Counted from the first letter of the stretch, positions 27,029 to 36,603 are shown. The stretch: 41,784 bases of DNA from Candidatus Woesearchaeota archaeon (GCA_013331555.1 DUGB01000134.1:244-42027), one strand, 5' to 3'. Notes: generated by a model not told the origin, from the letters alone. Program-made: numbers and translations.

Positions 27029-27448
27029 ATGGTTGAAAATCAGTTTTCTGTCCAGACGAAAATAGTTTCACTCTCTGAAGCGGAAAAAATGCTGCCTTTT
27101 GTACAGCGAACATTACGTGAACTCCAGGAATTACATCAGGCAATCCAATTAGTTGATGATATTGAAGTAGAGCTAGATGAAGAAAGCGATATTGAATTGC
27201 AATCTGTTTCTGGGATGAAGAGAGAATATCATAAGTTGCATTATTTATTTTACTCAAAACTGGAGTTAATGGAAAGCAAAGGATGTATTGTCAAGGATTT
27301 AGAACATGGACTGATTGATTTTCGTTCTGAGTTTGAAGGAAAAAATATTTTTCTTTGCTGGCAGCAAGGAGAAAAATCAGTTCAGCATTGGCATAGTGCA
27401 GAAAGCGGATTTATCGGCAGGAAGAAAATTGTTGATCTTACAAAATAG
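27029..27448 (+). CDS. DUF2203 family protein
   Basis: SL.EA..MLP, G..VKDLE.GLIDF.....G..IFLCW..GE..V.HWH....GF.GR; start re-assigned to ATG 27029. Confidence 0.85.
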   Translation: MVENQFSVQTKIVSLSEAEKMLPFVQRTLRELQELHQAIQLVDDIEVELDEESDIELQSVSGMKREYHKLHYLFYSKLELMESKGCIVKDLEHGLIDFRSEFEGKNIFLCWQQGEKSVQHWHSAESGFIGRKKIVDLTK

Positions 27449-27460
27449 GTGGTCAGCACG

Positions 27461-27506
27461 ACTATACTGAAATTCTTTACATTTCGAACAGAATTTCATA
27501 TATAGT
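27461..27506. repeat. TATA-flanked palindromic element
   Basis: ACTATAC-TGAAATTCT-N13-AGAATTTCA-TATATAGT. Confidence 0.72.
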
Positions 27507-27539
27507 TCGCTTATTGAACAAGATAATTGTTCGATTTCA

Positions 27540-28730
27540 ATGGAAACTCACTATACATTACCGCTAGGAATTATTGGAATTGATCCAGGAACAACAGCGG
27601 CGTATGCAATTCTTCGATTAGATGGTTCTGTGATTGAGACATATTCTTCAAAAGAATTGGCATTAGGAGAGATGATCCAGCGTATTTTTGCCTGCTGCCG
27701 ACCAATTCTAGTAGGAACAGATAAAGCTAAAATTCCCTCTTTTGTGGATGAATTTGGTCGAAAGAGCGGAGCAGTGGTGGTAAATCCGACTGAAGACCTG
27801 CAACGTGAGGAAAAGCGGTTGATGCTCAAAGAGTACACTTTTTCTGGAAAAACACAACATGAAGATGATGCTCTTGCCGCAGCACTGTTTACATTTCAGC
27901 AGTATCATTCACGATTAGAGAAAATTAAGCATTATTGTGAACTTCATCATGTTGAAAATCAGGATGAATTTACTGTTTTGGCGTTGAAAACAGCACTTTC
28001 TTTTCCAGGAATAGAAAATTTGCTGAAAACTCCGACCGCGCATGATACAGCTCTTGTGAAAAATGTTCTGGAAAAAAACAAAGTTCGCGAGCAGGATGTA
28101 CTTATCTTGTATGAAAAGAATCTTGGACTAACGCAAGAAAATAAACGCTTGAAAAATGCGCTGGCAACATTGCAAAAATCATGGAAAGATTTAGTTGATA
28201 AAAATAGATATTTAGAACGAACGTCGGCAAGGATTACGGATAAAGTTGATTCGCTCTTGGTGTTTAAAGAAGAGCGAGTAAAGAAGCTGCAATTATTATT
28301 GAAACAAGCTGAACTGCAGCAACAGCAACTGCGAAAAAAGATTCAACAAACTCATACGTTTATTGGTGCAATGATGAATAAAAATAATATTCTTGTTAAA
28401 AAGATGGACACTTTAAGCAAAAAAGAATTTATAGTGAAGAAATCTTTGCTTCTCTTTTCCAAAGGAGATATTATTTTTGTTAAAAATACCCATATTCATT
28501 CCGATGAAGTTCTGAATGAATTTGTCAATAAAAATGTATTTTTACTTTCACCCACAAAAATAAGTACACGAGTGCAGAAAATACTTCCAACAATACAGTT
28601 TGAAGAACCATTTCTTCTAGAGGAAGAGTATTTTGGATTATTTCCGAAAGAATTAGTGGTCAATAGTTTTAATTTGCGGGTTGATATCGAGAAAGTTTTG
28701 ACGGACTATCGCGGAGAGCGTGAGAATTAA
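27540..28730 (+). CDS. DUF460 family protein (RNase H-like N-terminus, coiled coil)
   Basis: IIGIDPGTT.AYAIL.LDG, GTDK...P, HEDDALAAA. Confidence 0.82.
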   Translation: METHYTLPLGIIGIDPGTTAAYAILRLDGSVIETYSSKELALGEMIQRIFACCRPILVGTDKAKIPSFVDEFGRKSGAVVVNPTEDLQREEKRLMLKEYTFSGKTQHEDDALAAALFTFQQYHSRLEKIKHYCELHHVENQDEFTVLALKTALSFPGIENLLKTPTAHDTALVKNVLEKNKVREQDVLILYEKNLGLTQENKRLKNALATLQKSWKDLVDKNRYLERTSARITDKVDSLLVFKEERVKKLQLLLKQAELQQQQLRKKIQQTHTFIGAMMNKNNILVKKMDTLSKKEFIVKKSLLLFSKGDIIFVKNTHIHSDEVLNEFVNKNVFLLSPTKISTRVQKILPTIQFEEPFLLEEEYFGLFPKELVVNSFNLRVDIEKVLTDYRGEREN

Positions 28731-29182
28731 GCTTCAACTTTCTTGATGGCACTCATCTCTTTGTATTTGAGACGGATTTTTTTCCCTGTTTTTTCTTCTT
28801 GAAGGATGATTTCTTTGTCTAATGTTTTGACAATATAGGTATTGCCTCTATAGGTGATAAGATCATGTTTAGCAAAATGAGCCTGGCGGAAAAGAACAGT
28901 TAAGCGGTACACATCACGTCCGTCTTTATTTCCATACAATTTAGCAGTAACAAGATACTCCCCGCCGAACTTAGCCTGTAAACGGTGACCGAGATCTCTC
29001 GTAAATGGTCCATCAGCGAGATAAATATCAATACCATTTTTTTCTTCCTCTTCTTTGGTGATATAGATGCCCTTGCGTTCAATTTCGGCGTAGACGAAAT
29101 CAAGAACGAGTTCTGTTGGGTGCCGCAGCTGAAGAATGGCTTCATAGTAGCCGGGATGCTTTCCTTCCATTGTGCGGACCAT
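28727..29182 (-). CDS. NMD3-related protein (short form)
   Basis: YYEAILQLR, NGIDIY, L..KFGG......KL.G..DGR.VYRLTVLFR; SD GAGGTG-like context. Confidence 0.75.
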   Translation of the reverse strand: MVRTMEGKHPGYYEAILQLRHPTELVLDFVYAEIERKGIYITKEEEEKNGIDIYLADGPFTRDLGHRLQAKFGGEYLVTAKLYGNKDGRDVYRLTVLFRQAHFAKHDLITYRGNTYIVKTLDKEIILQEEKTGKKIRLKYKEMSAIKKVEA

Positions 29183-29260
29183 GAGGTGAGGATAATGCTC
29201 TTTGTTTTTAAACGTTGTTTATGGAAATGTTTATCTTTTTCTCAATCTTCGTTATGAATC

Positions 29261-30106
29261 CTATACCTTTTTCTTCTCTTCAATCTGCCTCTTTTTTCTC
29301 TTTTCCGGTTCAGAAAGATAATTTTCAGAAGAGGATACTTTTTCATTACTTCTTTGCTCAAGTTCTCTTCTTGCTACTCCTGCAACTATCCCACCTTCTT
29401 TTGCTGCTTCTTTATTTTGAAGAAACCATTTTGCATCCTTCTTTCTGGCAATTTTTGTAGTAGAAGCTTCTCCTAACATAGTAAAAATTAACTCTAAATC
29501 GTTCATGTGATCACGCAAGTTCTCTTTTTCCAGCCCCTTGAATTCTTTGTATTCGTTTGGAGTCATGCCAAACGTAGCTTTGGATATTTCAGCTGTAAGT
29601 ATTGCATACTCTTTTTCTTCAGTCAGGCCTCTTTTCTTCCATTCATCAGTAAGCTCATCTCTGATGGCGATTCCTCTCACTCTTTTCTCAATCCAATCAT
29701 CAGAGTAACCTTTTGCTTTGTAAAGCTCTTTCATACGCTTTTGGGCTAATTCTGGGTTTTGGATTTCTTCAACTCTATCATACCCAACCTGAGCCAACCA
29801 CTGTTTAAATGGCTCTGCTTTTTGGGAGGGGATAGATTGGATAATTCTAAATATATTTTTAGTATTAGCGCAGTCAGTTGCGTAGAATTTACCATCGGAA
29901 GAAGGTAATTTTAGTTGTCCGATTTTTTCGGACAGCTCAAAACCTTCTTGAATAAGCTTAAATTTTAGGTCAGACCAATACTTTCTGGCTCTATCTGTTT
30001 GCGTTAAAGCACCAATGACATCAACTACAGAGAACCACCACTCATCATTAAACCACGTGCGACGAATATTCTTCCCTTGAAATACAATAAGAGCATTCTT
30101 ATCCAT
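29261..30106 (-). CDS. Bro-N domain protein (phage antirepressor-like)
   Basis: IRR.W...EWWFSVVDVI..LT, YWSDLK, RIIQSIPS.KAEPFKQWLA; start re-assigned to ATG 30106. Confidence 0.88.
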   Translation of the reverse strand: MDKNALIVFQGKNIRRTWFNDEWWFSVVDVIGALTQTDRARKYWSDLKFKLIQEGFELSEKIGQLKLPSSDGKFYATDCANTKNIFRIIQSIPSQKAEPFKQWLAQVGYDRVEEIQNPELAQKRMKELYKAKGYSDDWIEKRVRGIAIRDELTDEWKKRGLTEEKEYAILTAEISKATFGMTPNEYKEFKGLEKENLRDHMNDLELIFTMLGEASTTKIARKKDAKWFLQNKEAAKEGGIVAGVARRELEQRSNEKVSSSENYLSEPEKRKKRQIEEKKKV

Positions 30107-30212
30107 GCTAAAATAATGATATTTGGAATATATAAACTTTAGCCGGAGTTGACCAGTGCGAGAGTGAACTAAAGAAATAGGATTAATTTTATAAGAACGA
30201 GTTGTTTCGTTA

Positions 30213-31196
30213 ATGTTATTGATTCCAACAAAATTAAAAATAGGTGATGAGATTCGAGTCATCGCGCCAGCAAGAAGTTTATCCATCATCTCTAATGATA
30301 TTCAAGCAATTGCAATAAGAAAAATCCAGGAAATGGGTTTCAAAGTAACATTCTCAGAAAACGTGAGAGAAAAAGATGACTTTAACTCTTCTTTGATACA
30401 ATCTAGAGTAGAAGATTTACATCGGGCATTTAAAGATAAAAAAGTGAGAGGGATATTAACTGCGATTGGTGGATATAATTCAAATCAGCTTCTTTCGTAT
30501 CTTGATTATGACTTGATACAGAAAAATCCAAAAATTTTGTGCGGATTTTCAGACATTACTTGTTTAACAAATGCTATTTTTGCTCAAACAAATTTGGTCA
30601 CATACTCCGGCCCACATCTCTCTTCGTTTGGAATGATCAAAGGATTCGAGTATACGTTAGACTATTTTAAGAAATGTCTTTTGGAGAATAATCATTTTGA
30701 ATTCCTATCATCAAAAGAGTGGAGTGACGATCCATGGTTTACTGATCAGAATAACAGAAATTTCATTAAAAACGAAGGGTTCTGGTTGATTAATGAAGGG
30801 AAAGCAAAAGGAAAAATCTTAGGGGGAAATCAGTGTACGTTTAACCTTCTTCAAGGAACACAATTTATGCCTCACTTGGAGAACACCATACTTTTTCTTG
30901 AAGATGATGAAGAAGCACATCCGGAAACGATTGATCGAGATTTACAATCAATCATTCATCAACGTGGATTTGATAAAGTTAGAGGAATTGTGTTTGGACG
31001 TTGCCAAAAAGCAACGAAGATGACACGAGAATTATTAACAGCAATTATTAGAACGAAAAAAGAATTAAATAAGATTCCAATCATTGCTAATGTTGATTTT
31101 GGTCATACAACTCCAACAATCACGTTTCCAATCGGCGGGACAGCAAGGCTTGAAGTAAATAAAAGTAAAGTAAAGTTAGAAATTTTACAACATTGA
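30213..31196 (+). CDS. LD-carboxypeptidase / MccF-like S66 peptidase
   Basis: IGGYNSNQLL, GFSDIT, GGN, LFLED, DFGHT.P. Confidence 0.92.
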   Translation: MLLIPTKLKIGDEIRVIAPARSLSIISNDIQAIAIRKIQEMGFKVTFSENVREKDDFNSSLIQSRVEDLHRAFKDKKVRGILTAIGGYNSNQLLSYLDYDLIQKNPKILCGFSDITCLTNAIFAQTNLVTYSGPHLSSFGMIKGFEYTLDYFKKCLLENNHFEFLSSKEWSDDPWFTDQNNRNFIKNEGFWLINEGKAKGKILGGNQCTFNLLQGTQFMPHLENTILFLEDDEEAHPETIDRDLQSIIHQRGFDKVRGIVFGRCQKATKMTRELLTAIIRTKKELNKIPIIANVDFGHTTPTITFPIGGTARLEVNKSKVKLEILQH

Positions 31197-31325
31197 TTAA
31201 AGCTTCATCTACCATAATCCTCTAGAATTAAAGCTTTATTTGTAGAGTACAAAAAGTTTCAAAAAAGTATCTTTAAAAAGTAAATTCTTTTGTCTGAGGG
31301 GATTGAACATTGAGGTGAAATAAAT

Positions 31326-32231
31326 ATGAAATGGCTTAGATTTCAAGTGTTAATGGTGTTTTTAATGGCGGTTCTTGTTGCTTCTGTCTTTGCAGAGGAA
31401 ACAGGTTCAGATTCGGATACATCTGATCAATCTGATGATAGTGTGAATGAACGACGAGTAGAACGGGTGCAAAAAATGGAAGAGCGCCGAGAAAAAGTGG
31501 CGGAGATTAGAGAAACGTGGGAAGGAATCCGCGACAGAGTCAAGACCGTTCGTGAAGAACATCGGAATGTACGAAGTACGGTTAATGAATTGAAAGATAA
31601 AGTTCGAGGTTGTCGGAAAGAAGGAAATTGTACGGCTCCAAAAATGGAGTTGAAGAGAGGAGTACGTCTTCATCTATTGAAAACAGTAGAACTCATTGAC
31701 CGATCATTGGAAAAATTACAGCAGCGTGTTGAGAAAGCCGAAAAGCTATCTGTTGAGGAAAAAGAAAGACTTTTGGCGTCAATTGCGTCATTAGAAGAAA
31801 AATTAACAACTCAACAGCAGGCAGTGGAAGCGATGACAGCAAATGCGACTAACGCTGAAGTTCGGGCAGCAGTTCAGGATTTGAAGAAGTTATGGCAAGA
31901 CGTGCGGACAGAACAACGCCGGATGATCAGTGTCTTATTGAGCTCTAAAGTTGATACAATTATTGAAAAACAAGATACATATCGGCAAGGGATGGAAGAG
32001 CGTATTGCTGAAATCAAAGCATTAGGAAAAGATACGACTGTACTCCAAACACATTTAGATGAGTTTGTTCGAATTCAAACGGAGTTAAAGCAAAAAGCAA
32101 CAGAATTGACTGAAGGAGATACTGAGGAATCTCTGCGGGCAATTCATGCGTTGGCGAAAGAGAATAAAGAGCATCTCCATTTGTTCTTGAAAGAGTATCG
32201 TTCTTTGAAAGGAGAAACTGCTGAGGAGTAA
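31326..32231 (+). CDS. Secreted helical coiled-coil protein
   Basis: GAGGTGA SD, signal peptide, all-helical charged heptads. Confidence 0.75.
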   Translation: MKWLRFQVLMVFLMAVLVASVFAEETGSDSDTSDQSDDSVNERRVERVQKMEERREKVAEIRETWEGIRDRVKTVREEHRNVRSTVNELKDKVRGCRKEGNCTAPKMELKRGVRLHLLKTVELIDRSLEKLQQRVEKAEKLSVEEKERLLASIASLEEKLTTQQQAVEAMTANATNAEVRAAVQDLKKLWQDVRTEQRRMISVLLSSKVDTIIEKQDTYRQGMEERIAEIKALGKDTTVLQTHLDEFVRIQTELKQKATELTEGDTEESLRAIHALAKENKEHLHLFLKEYRSLKGETAEE

Positions 32232-32268
32232 AATAAGTTTATAAATTCTTTTTTCTTTTCTTTTTTTT

Positions 32269-32466
32269 ATGAAAAAAATAATCTTGGTTTGTTTAGTGTT
32301 GCTTTTTGTGGTCAGCTGTTCTTCACCAGAATTGACAGATCAATCAGCCCCTGCCGAAAGCTTAGGTATAGGAGATACAACTGTGGAAGAATTAGAGGAT
32401 TTACAGATTGACTTAGAAGAGGATGTTTCTTTTGAGGAGGTTAATGATCTTACAATATTGGATTAA
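32269..32466 (+). CDS. Small acidic lipoprotein-like protein
   Basis: MKK + hydrophobic stretch + VVSC; TTTATAAA upstream. Confidence 0.65.
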   Translation: MKKIILVCLVLLFVVSCSSPELTDQSAPAESLGIGDTTVEELEDLQIDLEEDVSFEEVNDLTILD

Positions 32467-33491
32467 TCTTCTTTTTTCTTTTCTTCAAGGATAGAGTCGG
32501 CCATAAAATTATATTTTAGTTCTTCAAAAGCGAAAAGAATCTCATAGGTCTTGATAATGTCTTCAAATTGTTCTTTAATGCCATTGATAACGTGGTGGAA
32601 TTCTGGTAGATTTCTAGTAATGACATAGATGATATAATCATAATATCCTACCGTTTTTGTTGCCCAGAGGATTGAGCCTTGATTTTTAAGATAATGTTCA
32701 AAGCGAGTGATGCCTTCGCTGGTGTAATTCAGTTTAATTAGTAAGGAATTGATCATCAGGCCGAGAGAGGCATAATTGACAACCGGACGATAGCTGAGGA
32801 TATATTTGTGCTGCTCTAATGATTTTATGTGGTAGGGAACTGTATCTTTTGAAACGCCTAATTCATGGGCGAGGGAAAGGTTTGTTTTGCTCGCATCACG
32901 TGAGAGGGCGTGAAGAATTTGAATATCATGGGGCATTATTTTTTTATCTGAAGTTGTTTTATTTGATACGGAAGTTGCTGATGAAGCCGTTTTCTTCTCT
33001 TTAAGTTGAGGGAAGTATGCAGAGGGAAGAACTTCCGAACAAATTGTCTGAAGTAGGATGAGAATTTGATCGTCCCTCATCCGCATCCCCTCAATAAGTT
33101 GATGATAATACTGAAGAAATTCTTGTTCATTTTTGGCCATGATTGAGATTTCAAGATTATATTTTCCGCTGTACACAATAAGAGCGTTGACAAAAATGGC
33201 ATGTTGCGCACGGGCAATGATTTCTCGCTCCTGTGAGGGAATATGAACTTCCATGAAAATATGATATGATTTATAGCCTAATTTTTGAATATTAATGACC
33301 GTACGAGAACCACGGAGGAGATTGTGTTCATGCATCATTTTTAAGCGATATTCAACTGACTGACGAGAGAGAAGGCAGGTTTTAGCGATTGACGAAAGAG
33401 GTTGACGATAATTATGAATAATTTCTCGTAAAATACGCCAATCTTTGGCATCAAGAGAAACGAGTTCAAGTTGAGAAGTCAATACACGCAT
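32463..33491 (-). CDS. Tandem-duplicated Lrp/AsnC family regulator
   Basis: Two HTH+RAM units: LDAKDWRIL...LSRQSVEYRL and DIQILHAL...LGVSKDTV.Y.I..LE. Confidence 0.88.
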   Translation of the reverse strand: MRVLTSQLELVSLDAKDWRILREIIHNYRQPLSSIAKTCLLSRQSVEYRLKMMHEHNLLRGSRTVINIQKLGYKSYHIFMEVHIPSQEREIIARAQHAIFVNALIVYSGKYNLEISIMAKNEQEFLQYYHQLIEGMRMRDDQILILLQTICSEVLPSAYFPQLKEKKTASSATSVSNKTTSDKKIMPHDIQILHALSRDASKTNLSLAHELGVSKDTVPYHIKSLEQHKYILSYRPVVNYASLGLMINSLLIKLNYTSEGITRFEHYLKNQGSILWATKTVGYYDYIIYVITRNLPEFHHVINGIKEQFEDIIKTYEILFAFEELKYNFMADSILEEKKKED

Positions 33492-33598
33492 TGTAGTAAA
33501 TTAGATTACTTAATATATAAATGTTTAGCTATTTTTCTATTTTCTTGCTGTTTTGTTTTATATAATTCTATTACTAAGAGTTATTATTAGATATGTAC

Positions 33599-33621
33599 CT
33601 CCTCTTCTTGGCGGAAGGGAG
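33599..33621 (+). promoter_or_regulatory. 5' hairpin / left inverted repeat of cassette 1
   Basis: TTCTTGGCGGAAG (33605-33617) inside a hairpin pairing CTCC(T)CTTC with GAAGGGAG (covers SD); TTTTATATA box at about 33556-33564. Confidence 0.7.
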
Positions 33622-33629
33622 AGACAAAC

Positions 33630-34565
33630 ATGACAAAGACAAACATTGAATTGGCGTTCTACGGAACGCGGGGAAGCTGCCCTAAAGGACGCCCTGAATT
33701 TATGGAATTTGGCGGTGATACGAGTTCTTACACCTTGCGCTTAGGTGAAGCACTACATCTTCTGGATGCAGGAACAGGAGTCCAAGAAGCATTGAATGAG
33801 CAACTGACGCCAGGAACAGAACGAGTGGAAATTGATCTTACTCATCCACACTTAGATCACATTAACATGGGATGTGCTGGTCAAATTTACTTTAACAACG
33901 TTCCAGGAGCGATTCAAATCGTGGGTTGCGAAGGGACAGAACGAGCATTGAATAAAGTCTTTGATGGTGAATTCCTCTGGCCTGTTGATTTTGAACACAT
34001 GGGTGGTATAAACAAAGTTATTACTGAATGCCGTGGCAGGGAAGAATTCCAACATCCTGGCTATAATGTAAGAACATTGCGAAACTGGCATCCACGCGGA
34101 CCTACTCGTGATGGAGATGGGGGTTCAATTGGCTTCCGTTATGATGTCCAGACAACTGAGGGAGGTATTTACTCTGTAGCATATGTCTCCGATATGACGT
34201 TCCGCTACGATAACAAAGGACAACCTCTTCTAGGTTCAGAACAAAGAATCAATGAATTTGTGCGGTTTGTACAAGGAGCAGATGTTCTTATTGCGGACAC
34301 ACAATATAGTGAAGATGACTTTGCAAAAATGCCATTCTTGAAAGGCTTTGGCCATCCCGCGTTGGAAGAAGTCATCGACTATGCAACACGAGCAGGAGTG
34401 AAATTGCTTTTGGGAACGCATCATGACACGAAACAAACTGATGAATTGTTGAGGAAGAAAGAACAGTTTGGACAAGAGTACGGACGTAGTGTTGGTTTTC
34501 AAGGTGATTTTGGAATGGCACGACAAGAAGAACGAATAGTTGCTCCCTATCGAATAGCTGCCTAA
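33630..34565 (+). CDS. MBL-fold metallo-hydrolase (RNase Z / phosphodiesterase-like)
   Basis: FYGTRGS.P, GGDTS, LDAGTG, THPHLDH, YVSD, IADTQY, GH, HHD. Confidence 0.9.
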   Translation: MTKTNIELAFYGTRGSCPKGRPEFMEFGGDTSSYTLRLGEALHLLDAGTGVQEALNEQLTPGTERVEIDLTHPHLDHINMGCAGQIYFNNVPGAIQIVGCEGTERALNKVFDGEFLWPVDFEHMGGINKVITECRGREEFQHPGYNVRTLRNWHPRGPTRDGDGGSIGFRYDVQTTEGGIYSVAYVSDMTFRYDNKGQPLLGSEQRINEFVRFVQGADVLIADTQYSEDDFAKMPFLKGFGHPALEEVIDYATRAGVKLLLGTHHDTKQTDELLRKKEQFGQEYGRSVGFQGDFGMARQEERIVAPYRIAA

Positions 34566-34572
34566 ATTAATG

Positions 34573-34636
34573 CTTCCGCCCAAGAATATGTATGCCCACT
34601 CTCCTTGGGGGAGGGTGGAGCATTTTTCTTTTTCTT
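34573..34636 (+). terminator. Right inverted repeat plus terminator-like hairpin of cassette 1
   Basis: CTTCCGCCCAAGAA (34573-34586); 13-bp stem 34592-34623; T-rich tail. Confidence 0.72.
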
Positions 34637-34650
34637 TGTGCGGAATAAAA

Positions 34651-34682
34651 TTTTCTCTTTTTCCTTGGCGGAAGGGAGAAAA
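34651..34682 (+). promoter_or_regulatory. 5' hairpin / left inverted repeat of cassette 2
   Basis: TTTTCTC-T-TTTTCC-TTGGC-GGAAGG-GAGAAAA hairpin covers SD; contains TTCCTTGGCGGAAG (34661-34674). Confidence 0.72.
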
Positions 34683-34684
34683 CA

Positions 34685-35350
34685 ATGGTTTGGAAAACAG
34701 ATTCGTTTTATACCGGAAACTATGAGCCACGGCGATTACCCGTTGCGCAACCGTATCAGCAAGGTTCAGTCATCGCTCATGTTGAACGGGTGGAGAAGCA
34801 ACGAGTTTCAAGACAGCGAGAGAATGAAAAAGTTGAACGATTGTTTAGAATTGATGACAATATTTTAGGATACAATCTTGACGGGCAAAGAGTATTTGTC
34901 CGCTGTCAGCAAAATGAACGAGCATTTGATGTGTATATTGCGCTGCCTTTTGTCAAAGGAATGACCGAACGTGAGACAGGTAGAACCATGATTATTCTCG
35001 GAAGTGAAGCTCATCATGGAGAGGCCATGGTCAAGCAATTTCCCGGAGCAGTCTGGAATGATGTTGAGGATCAGAGGAGTTATGGCAATACCATTCGCTG
35101 GATTAATGTCGGTGATACAACGCAAGGATTTATTGGGATGGATTACAATCCAAATGCTGCGGCTGACAAAGGAGTGGCGACTTCTCTTGACGATGTATAT
35201 TTTGTTGCCCGAACATTGGTGGGGATTGGGTATGATACCCGAAAGCGATTGTTCTTGTTGAAACCACCGTATATTGTTGAACGAGAAGAAGGCAAAGTAC
35301 TACGCCAACGAGGTTTGAACACGTTGGACGATTATTGCCGCCATCATTAA
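34685..35350 (+). CDS. Hypothetical protein
   Basis: 221-aa ORF with GGGAG SD and flanking cassette motifs; no family recognised. Confidence 0.72.
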   Translation: MVWKTDSFYTGNYEPRRLPVAQPYQQGSVIAHVERVEKQRVSRQRENEKVERLFRIDDNILGYNLDGQRVFVRCQQNERAFDVYIALPFVKGMTERETGRTMIILGSEAHHGEAMVKQFPGAVWNDVEDQRSYGNTIRWINVGDTTQGFIGMDYNPNAAADKGVATSLDDVYFVARTLVGIGYDTRKRLFLLKPPYIVEREEGKVLRQRGLNTLDDYCRHH

Positions 35351-35356
35351 TTCCTA

Positions 35357-35419
35357 CTTCCGCCAAGGAAGATGCCTGCTCTTCTTTTCAACTGAAAGGA
35401 GGGGCAGGCACATTTTTTT
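35357..35419 (+). terminator. Right inverted repeat plus terminator-like hairpin of cassette 2
   Basis: CTTCCGCCAAGGAA (35357-35370); about 17-bp stem 35373-35410; T7 tail. Confidence 0.75.
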
Positions 35420-35446
35420 AAAGTACTTCGAAGAAGGTAATGTGTC

Positions 35447-35836
35447 CTAAACTTTGATTATACAACTTCTTAAATAATCATAATTAGAAAGCAAGGAAGG
35501 ATTCATTTCTCTCTTTATATCAATTAAATGTACATGCCGAAATCCCTGATGGTCAGCATAATTTCCTCTCTCTACTAAAGAATTGTAGACTCTTTGCATC
35601 ATTGTTATAACCATAAAAGAAACTACTCCACCGTTAGCTTCAATGGTTGTAGCTACTTGTTGCATTTTGCTTCGACAAGTTTGATCATCAATAACGGCTT
35701 CTAGTTTTCCAGTCTCATCAGAATGAGCTGTGTTGATGTAATGGCCGATAATTTTTTCTTCCCTAAGATTTAAAATATCATCACCATCAAAAAATATGAA
35801 AACATTACTACTACCAGTATGAGTATAACCTAACAT
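35447..35836 (-). CDS. Hypothetical protein
   Basis: 129-aa ORF; TATA-like GTATAAAA about 25 nt upstream. Confidence 0.6.
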   Translation of the reverse strand: MLGYTHTGSSNVFIFFDGDDILNLREEKIIGHYINTAHSDETGKLEAVIDDQTCRSKMQQVATTIEANGGVVSFMVITMMQRVYNSLVERGNYADHQGFRHVHLIDIKREMNPSLLSNYDYLRSCIIKV

Positions 35837-35891
35837 AAATCGAAAAAAGGATAACGCTTTTTATACTTTTATTCAAAAATTAAAGATTCTC

Positions 35892-36545
35892 TTAAGCAGC
35901 ATACGCTCTAGGCTCATTCGCGCTTTGATATTGTCCTTTCTGAAACGGAATGACAATCGCAAGAGGTTTCTCTTGGTGATTGCCTCGATCTGTTCGTTGC
36001 TGTTGTTCTCGCTGACCAGAAATTTCATGCAGTTGCTGATATCGTTGACGTTCAGGTCCTTCAGCATGCTGCATTTGCTGTGCAAAGTAGTCTTTCAACA
36101 GTCCTTCGACATCTGCTTCAGCATCATAACCGGCGGCGTGAGCTAATTCATGGCTTAAGACATATTCAACCATACTCTGAGGGTCAAGATGATATCGATC
36201 AGCCATTTCTTGAACTCGTTCTTCAAAAGAACGACCGTTATAGTTACCGACCAGAACGCCTTCAAGTCCGTTATGAATGACGGCGGCGACAGCATGGTCA
36301 GGTAAGTATCCTGCACCAACACCTCGAAGAGCAATAGGATTTTTCCCATGCCGTTGAAGATAATCAGTAAGATTATGACCTTCTTGTGATGCTAAAAATT
36401 GTTCTACACGACCATACATATCTGTTGCGTGTGCTTGTTGAGTTGGATCAATTGATCTTTGGACAGAATCATCGTTAGCAGCAGCCCAAGGCTGGTGGTA
36501 AAGTTGTTCATCTAAATTTTGTTGTTGTGACATTTCTTTTCTCAT
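35892..36545 (-). CDS. Hypothetical protein with HExxH motif
   Basis: YVLSHELAH.....E; Gln-rich termini. Confidence 0.7.
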   Translation of the reverse strand: MRKEMSQQQNLDEQLYHQPWAAANDDSVQRSIDPTQQAHATDMYGRVEQFLASQEGHNLTDYLQRHGKNPIALRGVGAGYLPDHAVAAVIHNGLEGVLVGNYNGRSFEERVQEMADRYHLDPQSMVEYVLSHELAHAAGYDAEADVEGLLKDYFAQQMQHAEGPERQRYQQLHEISGQREQQQRTDRGNHQEKPLAIVIPFQKGQYQSANEPRAYAA

Positions 36546-36603
36546 ATGGTGCTCAAAGGCAAAGAAGATTAAAAGTGTTGCGGAAAGAAGTGGGACGTTT
36601 TGG

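Noticed and set aside
30107..30289. 61-aa N-terminal extension of the Bro-N ORF
   Set aside because: Overlaps the divergent S66 peptidase gene and promoter; Bro-N similarity begins at ATG 30106, which has a TATA box about 25 nt upstream.
34236..34868. ORFs 34236-34730 (-) and 34605-34868 (+)
   Set aside because: They overlap better-supported genes and run through the hairpin elements; no motifs.
33594..35419. Integron cassettes or IS elements as the explanation of the flanking inverted repeats
   Set aside because: No RYYYAAC/GTTRRRY cores, no integrase or transposase in the window, and no clear target-site duplication.
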